In this document: positions 49,243 to 61,209 of the stretch, piece by piece | Numbering within the stretch: position 1 is the stretch's first letter | Layout of the letters: each line of letters begins with the position of its first letter | NCBI GenBank assembly: GCA_043228905.1 | Contig: JBHGNT010000015.1 | Location: 18,662,001 to 18,726,000 of the forward strand | Reading direction: 5' to 3' | Origin: Azolla caroliniana | Lineage: Eukaryota; Plantae; Polypodiophyta | Length of the DNA stretch: 64,000 nt | Program-made: the position numbers and the translations under genes | The notes under the pieces: model-generated | The model's input: the letters and a program-made list of their open reading frames with translations, nothing else | Told to the model about the DNA's origin: nothing | Databases searched by the model: none

Positions 49243-52217
49243 CCCGCCCCCCTTGTAACCATCACGAAACCATGGCCGCCATTAATTCAGAAGAATATCT
49301 CACCCTTGTTGCAGAAATGGAGAATCTTAAATCCTAGTTCACATCTGTTGAAGTAGAGAATCAACGTCTACTTGGGGATCTACAAAATGTTACTATACAG
49401 AAGCAACAACAACAAGAGGAGTTCATGTGATGGGTTCAACAGTTAGAGTCGACAATCGTAGTGTTACAACAACAAAGGGTCGAAGGTCATGGACTTATCA
49501 AGGAGCTAAATTTGATGGTTTGAGGGCGCATTTCCGAGGTTTCTTGAATCAAGTACAGTTGATTCAAATGCATCCCACATGTTATCTGACAGATGCATCG
49601 CGAGTCGAGTTAGTGGGTACCTTATTGATTGGCATAACATTGTCGTGGTTTGTTCCATTGCTAGAGACAAATTCTCCTCTACTTCAGAATAATTTAGAGG
49701 AATTTATCAAAGAATTTAAGGCTTGTTTTGGAGATACTGATGGGGCGAGAACAACTATCAACAAGATTCGTACACTTCGTCAAGATGATCACCCAACTTT
49801 GACATATGCAACCAATTTCCGTCTCATCGCAAGCGATATTCCTTGGGATGAACAAGCCCTAATGGAGCAATTCCGTTTAGGCCTTCGTATTGATGTCAAA
49901 GACTTACTTCTTACCTTCCCCGAGGATCCAAGGTCATTTACAAAAGCTATTGGTCGAGCAATATAGTGTGATAATCGCCTTTTTGAGCGTCGATGTGAGC
50001 AACAACAACAAATAACAAGATCAAGATTCACACCAACTTATGCATCAGTAACAGTGCAATCATCCCCAAGGCAAACATATAGCCCTGCTCCAACTCCAAG
50101 GCAAACACGTAGTCCAGTGCCAATGGATAGTCCTACACCCATGGAGATTGATATCACTCAACGACGAGGACTGTTGTCGGACAAAGAGAAGCAATGACGA
50201 CGAGCAAACCATCTGTGCTTATATTGCGGAGGTCCAAGACATATAGCCATTCATTGCTCCCGTAGGCCGAGACGTCAGGTAAATAAAATTCATTATGACA
50301 ATAAAAATGAGTCCAACAATTTAGAAGTAGTTAGTGAATCTAATATTATGAATAATCCACCCTTGTCCAATAAGTTTGAAGTCCTAAGCCAATTAGAAGA
50401 GGAGTCAAACGAATAAGTTCGGCCAAAATAGGAGCCATTTGGTTGGACAACCCTAGATATGTACAACCTAGTGTGGGTTCCATTTCTTCCAAGCATGTTA
50501 GTAGAGTCTTCTTAGCCCACGTACAAGTTAGGACACCGAGTTGTCAATTTCAAGTCCAAGCCCTCTTAGATACTAGAGCCAATTCTTGTTTCATGGATAG
50601 AGATTTTGCCCGAAAACACCAAATATCCTTGCATACACTTCCTTGTCCAGTTTCCGTAGTAGTGATTGATGGACATCCCATAGCTTTCGGGAAGATATTC
50701 GAAGAGTCTGCTCCAATACACACACTCTTAGGTGATTTAGGATGTGTAGTTTCATTTAACATAATCCGTAGTCCTGAGCATCCAATTGTCCTCGGTTTGC
50801 CATGGTTCGAGCTACATAACCCTAGAATCGATCGGAGGAAGTGAGAAATTTGGTGCCCTTCAGCAAAAAATATCATTGCCAAGGATCGAACTCAGGATTA
50901 TTCTCTTGAAGAATATAGTTCTACCAATGCACCATCTCCTTTCCATCAAATTTCAGCCATCACATTGCAATAATTGCACCAAGTGGGAGGCAAGGAGGAC
51001 CTTTTCTTATTTGCAGTACCAATGACACCTTCTAGTGCCATTCAAGGGAATTCAGACATCCAAATTCCCAAAAAATATCAAGACTGTGTTGATGTTTTCG
51101 CCAAAGTCAAAGCTAGTGTTCTTCCAAAGCATCGGTCGTACGACTATCATATTGATCTCCAACTAAGAAAAGAGCCACCGTGGGGTCTGATTTGCAATTT
51201 ATCACCCATTGAGCTTGAGGTTCTTCGAGAATACATCGAGGAAAATCTTGCACATGGGTTTATTCGACATTCAAAGTCTCCAGCTGGTGCCCCTATCTTT
51301 TTTGTGAAGAAAAAGGACTGCTCCCTTCGTTTGGTTGTGGACTATCGAGGCTTAAATAGAGTCACCATAAGGAATAGGTTTGCTCTACCTTTAATCTCCA
51401 GTCTCTTAGAACGCATTGGTGGGGCAAAGCATTTTACTAAAATTGATCTAAGGGGTGCATATAATCTTATTCGAATTTGACCGGGAGATGAGTGGAAAAT
51501 TGCATTTCGTACTCGGTATGGTCATTTCGAGTATACAGTCATGCCTTTCGGGCTCACAAATGCACCCGCAGTATTTCAACATATGGCAAATGACATTTTC
51601 CGGGATTTCTTGGATATCCTTCTCATCATCTACCTAGATGATCTATTGATTTACACTAAAACACAAGAGGAGCATGATATACATGTGCTGAAAGTACTTG
51701 AACGCCTAGAAAGTATTGTCTTTATGCCAAACTTGAGAAATGCAGTTTTGATTGCAAACAAGTCGAATTTTTGGGATACACTATTTCTGTTGAAAAACAG
51801 TGCTCGGCCACAACCGAGGAATGGGGTCAACTCACAGAAAAACAGGAAATAGAAAATGCACAAAACAATAGAGAGAAAGGTACACTGGATGTTTTACGTG
51901 GAAAACCCTAAATGGGAAAAACCACGGGAGTCCTCAACCTCCAACTATCACTATGAACAGGGATGTACAATGGTGAAGCTACAAGGCAACAACCTTGAGC
52001 TCACTGTCTTCGCCACAGGCGGCGGTAATACACAGAGGCAACGACCTCTTCGTCTCTCTCTCTCTCTCTCTCTCTCGGCTGTTCTCACTTCGCATACGAA
52101 TGAGCAACAACAGTAAAACTGTTTGCCCTAAGTCATATTTATACACATATGACTTTCGGGCTATTTACAAATATAGCCTCAAGGGCTCTTGGCAAACATA
52201 TTCACAAATATGTCCCC

Positions 52218-52620
52218 GCATCCGGATCTCTCTCCGGGTACATTCGTCATCCGTCTCCGTAACCGGGGTCTTCATCATCCGGATCCGTATCCGGGTACTC
52301 GTCATCCGGCTTCATGCCGGGTACTCTTCATCATCCGGATCCGCATCCGGGTACTCGTCATCCGGCTTCATGCCGGGTACTCTTCATCATCCGGATCCGT
52401 AGCCAGGGTCTTCGTCATCCGGCTCCGTAGCCAGGGTCTTCGTCATCCGGCTCCGTAACCGGGGTCTTCAGCATCCGGCTCCGTAGCCAGGGTCTTCGTC
52501 ATCCGGCTCCGTAACCGGGGTCTTCAGCATCCGGCTCCGTAGCCAGGGTCTTCGTCATCCGGCTCCATGCCGGGTACTCTTCATCATCCGGTTCCGTAAC
52601 CGCAACCGGGCTTGCCGTCA
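52218..52620. repeat. 27-28-bp tandem array in Copia-4 LTR U3 (also ~57212-57640)
   Basis: About 14 units of TCTTCGTCATCCGGCTCCGTAGCCAGGG and variants. Confidence 0.95.
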
Positions 52621-52673
52621 TTCATCTCCGGACATCCCATCCGGAGGGACCGTAATCCCAACAAACTCCCCCT

Positions 52674-55600
52674 TCACTTCGGCATGGGATGTCTCTCCAA
52701 TCCGATCCTCTTCCGGCATGCTTCCAGCTTGTCGGGTGTGAGCACCTTGGTCAGCATATCCGACCCGTTCTCGTCCGTGTGGACCTTCGTCAGCACGAAC
52801 TCCTTGTCTTCTATCCTTTCCCGGATCCAGTGGTATCTACACTGGATGTGCTTCGTCCGGGAGTGATAGGCCGCGTTCTTCGCAAGGTGGATGGCACTCT
52901 GACTGTCGCAGTAGAGTCGGTATTCCTCCTGCCGGATACCGAGCTCTCTAATGAAGTCCTTCATCCATATTATTTCCTTGCCGGCTTCAACAACCGCCAT
53001 GTACTCCGCCTCCGTGGTTGACAGCGCAACCGTCTTCTGCAGCCTCGACTGCCATGAAACAGCTCCCCCTGCATACGTCATCACATACCCTGATGTGGAC
53101 CGGCTGGTATCTGCATCAGCCGACATATCCGAATCGGTAAAGCCGTCGAGTTCGGGCTTTCCGGAGCCGAATCGGAGGCACACGTTTGTCGTGCCCTTCA
53201 GGTATCGGAGTATCCACTTGGCCGCGTTCCAATGCTCTTTGCCGGGATTGCTCATGTACCGGCTCACCACTCCGACTGCATATCCGATGTCCGGTCTCGT
53301 ACACACCATGGCGTACATCAAGCTCCCGACGGCTGAGGCATACGGCACTTTCATCATATCCTCCTTTTCAGCCTTTGTCTTGGGACTTTGCTTGCTGGAC
53401 AGCTTGCAGTTTGTCGGGAGGGTCGATCCGACCGGTCTTGCTTCCGACATGTTGAACCGTTTAAGCACCTTTGTCACGTACTTTTCCTGTGATAGCCACA
53501 ACTGCTTCTTGCTCCGGTTCCGGATGATGTGCATCCCTAGTATTTGTCTCGCCGGACCCAAGTCCTTCATTGAGAAGGTTCGGTGAAGAGCCTTCTTCAG
53601 CATCCGTATCTTGACCTGGTCCCGTCCGACGATCAACATGTCGTCCACGTACAGGAGGAGTATTAGAAAGTCTCCTCCTTCGAATTTCTTCACAAACACG
53701 CAGTGGTCAGACTGCGTTTTGAGGTACCCTTCGTCGGTCATGAAGGAGTCGAACTTCCGGTACCATTGCCGGGGAGCCTGCTTCAGTCCGTAAAGGCTCT
53801 TCTTCAACCGGCATACCAGGTGCTCCTTCCCTTTCTTCTCGAATCCTTCCGGTTGCTGCATGTAGATCTCTTCTTCGAGGTCACCGTGAAGGAATGCCGT
53901 CTTCACGTCCATCTGTTCTACCTCGAGGTCCATGCTTGCCGCTATGCTCAGCACCGTCCGGATGGAGGTCATCTTCACTACCGGGGCAAATATCTCGTCG
54001 AAGTCGACGCCCTTCTTCTGCTGGAACCCCTTCACCACGATCCTGGCTTTGTATCTCGGGGGGTTTCCGGCATCTCCCGGTTTCAGCTTGAACACCCACT
54101 TGTTTCGAAGTGCCCGCTTTCCTTTCGGCAACTCCACAAGTTCATATGTGTGGTTCTCATGCAGGGAATCCATCTCCTCCTGCATGGCACTTAACCACCT
54201 GCGGCTATGGGTGTCAAGCTTTGCTTCTTCAAAACTCTCCGGCTCCCCCTTGTCGGTTAGCAGCACGTGCTCTGGTTCCGGAAATCTCCGGGGGGCCCTT
54301 CTCTCTCTTAGAGGATATCTCCGTTCCGGAGCTTCGGTAACCGGCTCCTCCGTTTCCTCTTCATCCGAATCCATTTCGGGATCGGGGCCGGTTCCGGTAT
54401 CATTTTCATCTTCTTCTTCGGCCGGTTCTGTTTCTTCACCGTCTTCGGCCGGATCCTCGAGTGCTAACCGGTCCCTTGCCGGTCGGGACTGCTCCTCGTA
54501 GAGTTTATCCTCACCGGTCGACTTGGAGCTCTTCATCTTCTTCTCCGACTCCCAGTCGGCGAGTGTCTTGTCCTGCATGAAGATGATATCTCGACTCCTG
54601 AATATCTTCTTGTCGACCGGGTCCCATACTCGGTAGCCGAACTCGTCGTCACCGTAACCGAGGAATATGCATGGCCGGGTCTTTGGGTCTAGCTTTCCTC
54701 TCCGGTCCTTTGCCACATGCACATATGCGAGACACCCGAACACCTTCAGATGCCGGTAGGATACTTCCCTACCGGTCCACACTCTCTGCGGCGTGTCTCC
54801 GTCCAAAGGTACTGAGGGTGATCGGTTTATCACATATGTCGTCGTCGACATTGCCTCAGCCCAAAACCCCTTGGGTAATTTCGCATGCGCCAGCATACTC
54901 CGAACCCTCTCCATTATGGTCCGGTTCATCCTCTCGGCCAGCCCGTTCAGTTCCGGCGTCTTCGGCACAGTAAACTCGAGCCGGATTCCCTTCGAGCGAC
55001 AGTACTCCTGGAACTGCCCCCGGTATTCCCCTCCGTTATCCGCTCGTATCGCTTTCAGCTTCTTGCCGGATTCTCTTTCCACTCTCGCGTGGAGTTCTTT
55101 GAAGACGGACAACACTTGGTCCTTTGTCTTCAACGGTGCCGTCCACAGCTTCCGGCTGTGATCATCAATGAATGTCACGAAGTACTGGGCTCCGCCATGT
55201 GACTTCGTTTCTACCTGACACACATCAGTGTGTAACAACTCCAATGGTGCACTACGTCTCGTCGGTGGCCTTGAGTGGAAGGAGGTCCGGTTTTGCTTAC
55301 CGGCCAGGCAGTCGGTGCACTTCTCCAGGTGCACATGCTTCACTGGAATAAGGTTGTCTTCTGCAAGCCTCTTCATCCCCTTCTCACTCATGTGGCACAG
55401 TCTCTTGTGCCATAGCTCACCGGCAGTGTCAGCTGCCACGTTCAGCTCCTCCGGACATAGCCGGGAATTCATCAGGTACAGTGTGTTGACCTTCCGGGCC
55501 CGAGCCACTATCAGGCTCCCTTTGCTGAACTTCATGACACCGTTCCGGATGCTGCCCGTGTAGCCTTCATCGTCTAGCCTCCCGGCCGAGATCAGGTTCA

Positions 55601-56750
55601 ATCGGACCTCCGGAACGTGTCGAACATCCTTCAGCAGCATCTTGCATCCGGTTGATGTCATCAGCCACACGTCTCCTATGCCGGCAATCCGGCATGTACC
55701 TTCATTTCCCATCCGGACACAGCCATGCTCACCGGCTGTGTAGGATGAGAAGTATTTCTTCTCCGGGGTCAGGTGGAACGACGCTCCGGAATCGACCACC
55801 CAGGTCATCTCATCGCCGGCAAGGTTCAGCTCCCTCTCTTCGGTAATGAGCATGATTTCTTCCTCACTTGCCACGAGTGCCGTCGTTCCTTTCCGGTCCT
55901 GCCCTCGCCGATCCGGACCTCTCCGGTCCGTGGCTCCCCGGTATGCACCGTTTCTCTCCGGTGACTTCTTCGAATCGGTGTCGTCGGCTCCGTTGTCCTT
56001 TCGGTAATGCCGACAATTCTTCCGGAAGTGCCCCGGCTTCCCATAGTGGAAGCATGTGGGTCTTCCTCTTGACTGCGACCGGGTCCCCGACTTCTCCCGT
56101 CTTTGCGGACTCCGGTTCCATTGTCTTCCCCGTTCCGATTCGGTAAGCAGCGCCTTTGAGTCGGAGACCGGTTCTTTATCTCTCCGACGCGCTTCTTCGT
56201 TCAAAATACTTGTCTTTACCGTTTGTAGGGACAAGTTATCTTCCGTGCAGGAGGTGCTGAGAGTCACCACCAAGTTCTCCCAGCTTTCCGGCAATGTACA
56301 CATCAGGATGATGGCTTGCATTGCATCCTCCAACGGGAACTTGATCGCCGCAAGCTGGTTCACGAATCCCATGAATGTGCTTACGTGTTCCACCATACTC
56401 TCGCCGTCACGGTACTTGAGGTTCACTATCTTTCTCATCAGGGAGGTCCGGTTCAACGCATTCTTCCTCTCGTAGAGGCCTGACAGCTTCCTCCACATCT
56501 CATATGCGTTGGTGTCGTTCGCCACGTGTTGTAGAACGCTCACGTCGACGTATTGCCGAATGGTTGCAACGGCTTTCCGGTTCAGAAGCCTCCACTCCGT
56601 CTCAAGTACCCCCTTGGGTATTTCCGACCTGTCGATCGGTTCATACAGGTCCCGAACAATGAGCAGATCCTCCATCTTTATCTTCCAGTCGGCGTAGTTC
56701 TGCGCGTTCAGCACCATCATGCCCGGAGGCCCACTACCGCCGCCTTCCAT
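52674..56750 (-). CDS. Copia-4 gag-pol polyprotein, 1358 aa, uninterrupted
   Basis: First ATG after the PBS is at 56750. Gag, WVVDSGAS, WHKRLCH..CTDC, D-D-E integrase (HTDVC, RADNGGEY, NGLAER), YVDD, RNase H FTDSD. Confidence 0.95.
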   Translation of the reverse strand: MEGGGSGPPGMMVLNAQNYADWKIKMEDLLIVRDLYEPIDRSEIPKGVLETEWRLLNRKAVATIRQYVDVSVLQHVANDTNAYEMWRKLSGLYERKNALNRTSLMRKIVNLKYRDGESMVEHVSTFMGFVNQLAAIKFPLEDAMQAIILMCTLPESWENLVVTLSTSCTEDNLSLQTVKTSILNEEARRRDKEPVSDSKALLTESERGRQWNRSPQRREKSGTRSQSRGRPTCFHYGKPGHFRKNCRHYRKDNGADDTDSKKSPERNGAYRGATDRRGPDRRGQDRKGTTALVASEEEIMLITEERELNLAGDEMTWVVDSGASFHLTPEKKYFSSYTAGEHGCVRMGNEGTCRIAGIGDVWLMTSTGCKMLLKDVRHVPEVRLNLISAGRLDDEGYTGSIRNGVMKFSKGSLIVARARKVNTLYLMNSRLCPEELNVAADTAGELWHKRLCHMSEKGMKRLAEDNLIPVKHVHLEKCTDCLAGKQNRTSFHSRPPTRRSAPLELLHTDVCQVETKSHGGAQYFVTFIDDHSRKLWTAPLKTKDQVLSVFKELHARVERESGKKLKAIRADNGGEYRGQFQEYCRSKGIRLEFTVPKTPELNGLAERMNRTIMERVRSMLAHAKLPKGFWAEAMSTTTYVINRSPSVPLDGDTPQRVWTGREVSYRHLKVFGCLAYVHVAKDRRGKLDPKTRPCIFLGYGDDEFGYRVWDPVDKKIFRSRDIIFMQDKTLADWESEKKMKSSKSTGEDKLYEEQSRPARDRLALEDPAEDGEETEPAEEEDENDTGTGPDPEMDSDEEETEEPVTEAPERRYPLRERRAPRRFPEPEHVLLTDKGEPESFEEAKLDTHSRRWLSAMQEEMDSLHENHTYELVELPKGKRALRNKWVFKLKPGDAGNPPRYKARIVVKGFQQKKGVDFDEIFAPVVKMTSIRTVLSIAASMDLEVEQMDVKTAFLHGDLEEEIYMQQPEGFEKKGKEHLVCRLKKSLYGLKQAPRQWYRKFDSFMTDEGYLKTQSDHCVFVKKFEGGDFLILLLYVDDMLIVGRDQVKIRMLKKALHRTFSMKDLGPARQILGMHIIRNRSKKQLWLSQEKYVTKVLKRFNMSEARPVGSTLPTNCKLSSKQSPKTKAEKEDMMKVPYASAVGSLMYAMVCTRPDIGYAVGVVSRYMSNPGKEHWNAAKWILRYLKGTTNVCLRFGSGKPELDGFTDSDMSADADTSRSTSGYVMTYAGGAVSWQSRLQKTVALSTTEAEYMAVVEAGKEIIWMKDFIRELGIRQEEYRLYCDSQSAIHLAKNAAYHSRTKHIQCRYHWIRERIEDKEFVLTKVHTDENGSDMLTKVLTPDKLEACRKRIGLERHPMPK

Positions 56751-59700
56751 TTTCTGTGTTACCGTCGCTCTGATACCAATTTGTTGAAAAACAGTGCTCG
56801 GCCACAACCGAGGAATGGGGTCAACTCACAGAAAAACAGGAAATAGAAAATGCACAAAACAATAGAGAGAAAGGTACACTGGATGTTTTACGTGGAAAAC
56901 CCTAAATGGGAAAAACCACGGGAGTCCTCAACCTCCAACTATCACTATGAACAGGGATGTACAATGGTGAAGCTACAAGGCAACAACCTTGAGCTCACTG
57001 TCTTCGCCACAGGCGGCGGTAATACACAGAGGCAACGACCTCTTCGTCTCTCTCTCTCTCTCTCTCTCTCGGCTGTTCTCACTTCGCATACGAATGAGCA
57101 ACAACAGTAAAACTGTTTGCCCTAAGTCATATTTATACACATATGACTTTCGGGCTATTTACAAATATAGCCTCAAGGGCTCTTGGCAAACATATTCACA
57201 AATATGTCCCCGCATCCGGATCTCTCTCCGGGTACATTCGTCATCCGTCTCCGTAACCGGGGTCTTCATCATCCGGATCCGTATCCGGGTACTCGTCATC
57301 CGGCTTCATGCCGGGTACTCTTCATCATCCGGATCCGCATCCGGGTACTCGTCATCCGGCTTCATGCCGGGTACTCTTCATCATCCGGATCCGTAGCCAG
57401 GGTCTTCGTCATCCGGCTCCGTAGCCAGGGTCTTCGTCATCCGGCTCCGTAACCGGGGTCTTCAGCATCCGGCTCCGTAGCCAGGGTCTTCGTCATCCGG
57501 CTCCATGCCGGGGTCTTCGTCATCCGGCTCCGTAACCGGGGTCTTCAGCATCCGGCTCCGTAGCCAGGGTCTTCGTCATCCGGCTCCATGCCGGGTACTC
57601 TTCATCATCCGGTTCCGTAACCGCAACCGGGCTTGCCGTCATTCATCTCCGGACATCCCATCCGGAGGGACCGTAATCCCAACAATTTCATCCAAGGGTA
57701 TTTTCATGGATCTGGCAAAAGTCCAAACAATATTGGAATGGAAACCCCCATGCTCATTTCGGGACGTCTAGTGTTTCCTTGGATTTGCGAACTTCTATCG
57801 CAAATTCATACGTAATTATTCAAGCATTGTGTTGCCCCTCACCCAACTCACCAAGAAAAATCAAGCATTTTTTTGGAGTAACGAAGCGGACAAGGCTTTT
57901 ACTCAGCTGAAAGAGGCATTCACATAAGCACCTATCCTAGTGTGTATTGATTCTTAAAAGTCATTTACTATTGAGGCGGATGCGTCAGACTTTGCATTGG
58001 GGAGTATCCTATTGCAACCAGGCAAGGATGGGCAGACTCATCCAGTCGCGTTTCACTCGAGAAAATTTACTGTTTCGGAGATAAACTATGAGGTGCGGTC
58101 GACTCATTCGAGCAATGGCGTCATTTTCTAGAAGGATTGCCTCATCAGATTATCATTTATAGTGAGATTCACAAAAATCTCACATATTTTCAAACAACTC
58201 GAGTATTAAATAGAAGACAAGCTCGGTGGGCCCAATTTCTAACGCGTTTCGATTTCAAGATCATTTTTCTCCCTAGAAAACAACAAGGGAAAGTAGATGC
58301 TTTGTTTGGGCGTTCGTATCTAGCTCTTCGACCTAGAGATCTGGCCTTTGACAATCAAAAGCAGATTCTCCTCGGGCCATCAAAGCTATAGGCAACAACA
58401 ATTTATGCCACGCCACTTGATTCTAGCCTTCTTGACACTATTCGGCAACAACTTCACTCTGATGATTTCGCTAAGGATGGCTTAGCCCACATTGGTTCAA
58501 GTTGTCCATGTTGTTCCACATTGCAAGGGACATCTCAACATTATCAGGACTTCAAGTGGCAAGATGGCTTACTCGTCTACAAGAATCTCCTTTACGTCCC
58601 TGATGAATCACCCCAACTTCAAGTGTTAGAACATTGTCATGATGCCCCCATGGCTGGACATTTTGGTATTGCAAAGAACATTGAGCTGGTGAAACGTTCG
58701 TTTTGGTGGCCTCATGTGCAAAAATTTGTCGAAGATTTTGTTCGCACATGTGACACCTACTGCCGCGCCAAAATACCTAGGCATCATCCTTATGGCTTAT
58801 TACAACCATTACCACCTCCCAACAAGCCATGGCAGTCTATTTCTATGGATTTCATTACTGATCTACCACCTTCGAAAGGCTTTGATAGTATTTTAACAGT
58901 AGTGGATCGGTTCACAAAGATGGCACATTTTGTACCGTTGGTAAAGACCATTAGTAGTGAAGAAACTGCAAATCTCATTATGCGTGAGGTGTTTCACCAT
59001 CATGATCTCCCAAATGATATTATTAGCGACCGAGGTCCTCAATTTATCTCACACTTTTGGAAGCACCTATGGGTAGGCCTCAAAATCTCCTGCAAACTCT
59101 CTTCGGCTTATCATCCACAAACTAACAGACAAACAAAGCGCACAAATCAAACACTCGAGCAGTATCTTCTATGCTTCATCAGTTATCAACAAGATGATTG
59201 GAGCAATATTTTACATCTTGCCGAGTTTGCATACAACAACACGGTACACTCTTCTACCAAAGTTACACCTTTCTTTGCTTACACTAGCAACCACCCTCAA
59301 TGGTGTATCCTGGATCTCCTTGAGGTGTCACGAAACCCTAGAGAGGCACATCACCTCCACCAACTACAACAAATCCAGTTTGAGTTATCTTCACATCTTC
59401 AAAAAATGCAAGCATACCATAAGACCAATGTCGATCGGCCTCGTCTTAAGTCTCCTTTTAAGGTTGCTAACCGAGTATGGTTGCTTCGTCATCACATCAA
59501 GACTACCCGCACGTGTGCTAAGATCGATTATCAACGCTTAGGTCCTTTTGTCATCATAGCGCGGATTAATGATGCAACATTTCACCTTAACCTTCCTGCA
59601 CATATATGGCTTCACCCAGTCTTTCATAGCTCTCTTTTGGAACCTTGCTACACCTCTTTAATTCCTAATCGTGTCGTACCACCACCGCCTTTTGTCCAAC

Positions 59701-59949
59701 TGGTTGATGGCCCCGAATACGAGGTAGCTGCTATTCTCGACTCTAAGATTGTGTGCAATAAGCTTTATTATCTAGTTGATTGGCTTGGCTATCCTCTGAG
59801 TGATCGCACTTGGGAACCTGTCGATAACATTTGTAATGCTCAAGCTCTTGTCGACGACTTCCATCGCCACTATCCAAACAAACCTGGCCCTACAATGTTA
59901 AAACCAACTTTCACTCGGCATTCTCGAAGGAGGGATTATGGTGTCACCC

Positions 59950-60004
59950 GGACTTGAACCTCGAACCTTGTAATCTATAATTGAGAACCTCAACCATTAA
60001 GATA
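59950..60004 (-). promoter_or_regulatory. tRNA-like A box / B box in the Gypsy-B LTR (also ~48734-48788)
   Basis: Minus strand A box TATCTTAATGG (60004-59994), 33-nt gap, B box GGTTCAAGTCC (59960-59950). Confidence 0.7.
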
Positions 60005-61209
60005 GCTTATTGTTATATGAGAGGATAAAAAACACCAGGTCATTTGAAATAGGTAATATGTCGCATTCTCTTTTTCATATCTTAGTGAGATGTTAAAAAA
60101 TGCCTTATTTAAGCAGAATTTCAACAAGGCACGACGCATGTGTATGTGGTTTATGAAAACATAGCGAAAAAAAGAACTAACTAATATCACGTCAACAAAA
60201 TCATTCGACGTATATTCTATCTACCATGTTTTTGTCCAAATCTTAGACAAGGGTGTATTTGTCAACACAAGTATAATAGTAACACGGGTCCTTGTGCATA
60301 TTCTAAAAAGCATGCCCCATTGAATAAGTGACTTCTTCTAATTATGTGTGTATATTTAAATATAATACATCTTAAAGCAAATTGTGAACCTTGCAATTAA
60401 GAGATACTACTATGTCAAGAGAAAATTTCCATTGACACGTGATACATGACACTGTCGATGTATAAATAAACTAGTCTACAATAACATTCCAATCATACGA
60501 GTAAATGATAGAGTATAAACTTATCTCCGATATAACCCAAATGATAAAGGAGAATTTAGATAACATGCACACATACAAGTATACTTAATTTCAAAGTTCA
60601 ATGATTGTTACACGAAAATTATAAGTAAGCTCAACTTATATATTACGTCAAAATTTAACAATTCATATTGTTCAAAATTTACAATAAGCCATAACCATTC
60701 AATCGAATAATAAGTCTGGTAAAGCCGTCTACTCAGGATTAGCTCTTTCATCAGGATTGTCCTTATTGGCTTCGTCAGTACGCTAAGTTGAATTGTTAGT
60801 ATGTTCAGACTCTGAAACGTCTTCTAATTCAACAAGTTGCCCTGCGTCTTCATCTATAGTTCCACAAGTTTTCTAAAAGTCATCTGGAACATCAAAGTTT
60901 TATTGATATGCTTTGCCCCAACTTCTTGGTCTTGATCAGGACAACCCCAGATACCTTGGATCCTCATTTTGATGACATTAACTTGCTCAAGGTCCTTCTC
61001 TAATGCAACAGAGTTCCTGATAATCTTTAAGGCGTATGTTTTAGTAGTACATGACAGTAGAATGAAATTGCACAGGTAACATCAAACTGAAGAATAGAAT
61101 ATAACGTTAATCTAAATTGATGTAAGTTTTATATTATATACCTGTGTCAGAAAACTAATCTAAAACCCATTGAAAATTTGAAACAATAAAATTTGAAAAA
61201 ATAAAAAAT

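Larger units (their letters stand above)
51788..57684 (-). mobile_element. Ty1/Copia LTR retrotransposon (Copia-4), very young and structurally intact
   Basis: LTRs 56782-57684 (5') and 51788-52663 (3'), perfect TSD ATTTC (51783-51787 / 57685-57689), PBS TGGTATCAGAGC (56778-56767), PPT AGGGGGAG next to the 3' LTR. Confidence 0.98.
48701..60030 (+). mobile_element. Ty3/Gypsy chromovirus (Gypsy-B), decayed, 3' LTR truncated, interrupted by Copia-4
   Basis: 5' LTR 48701-49228, gag from 49272 homologous to Gypsy-A, PR 50443, RT split at 51787/57685 (GYTIS|SKGIFMD), INT+CHD 58521-59957, partial 3' LTR ~59935-60030. Confidence 0.92.

Noticed and set aside
56751-56807. N-terminal 19 codons of the 1377-aa ORF
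   Set aside because: Non-ATG start inside the LTR/PBS; the true start is most likely ATG 56750.
51856-57771. Plus-strand ORFs over Copia-4 and its LTR arrays
   Set aside because: Antisense shadow frames and repeat-generated ORFs.
60700-61080. Coding-like acidic stretch on the minus strand
   Set aside because: Contains stops and frameshifts and has no recognisable family.
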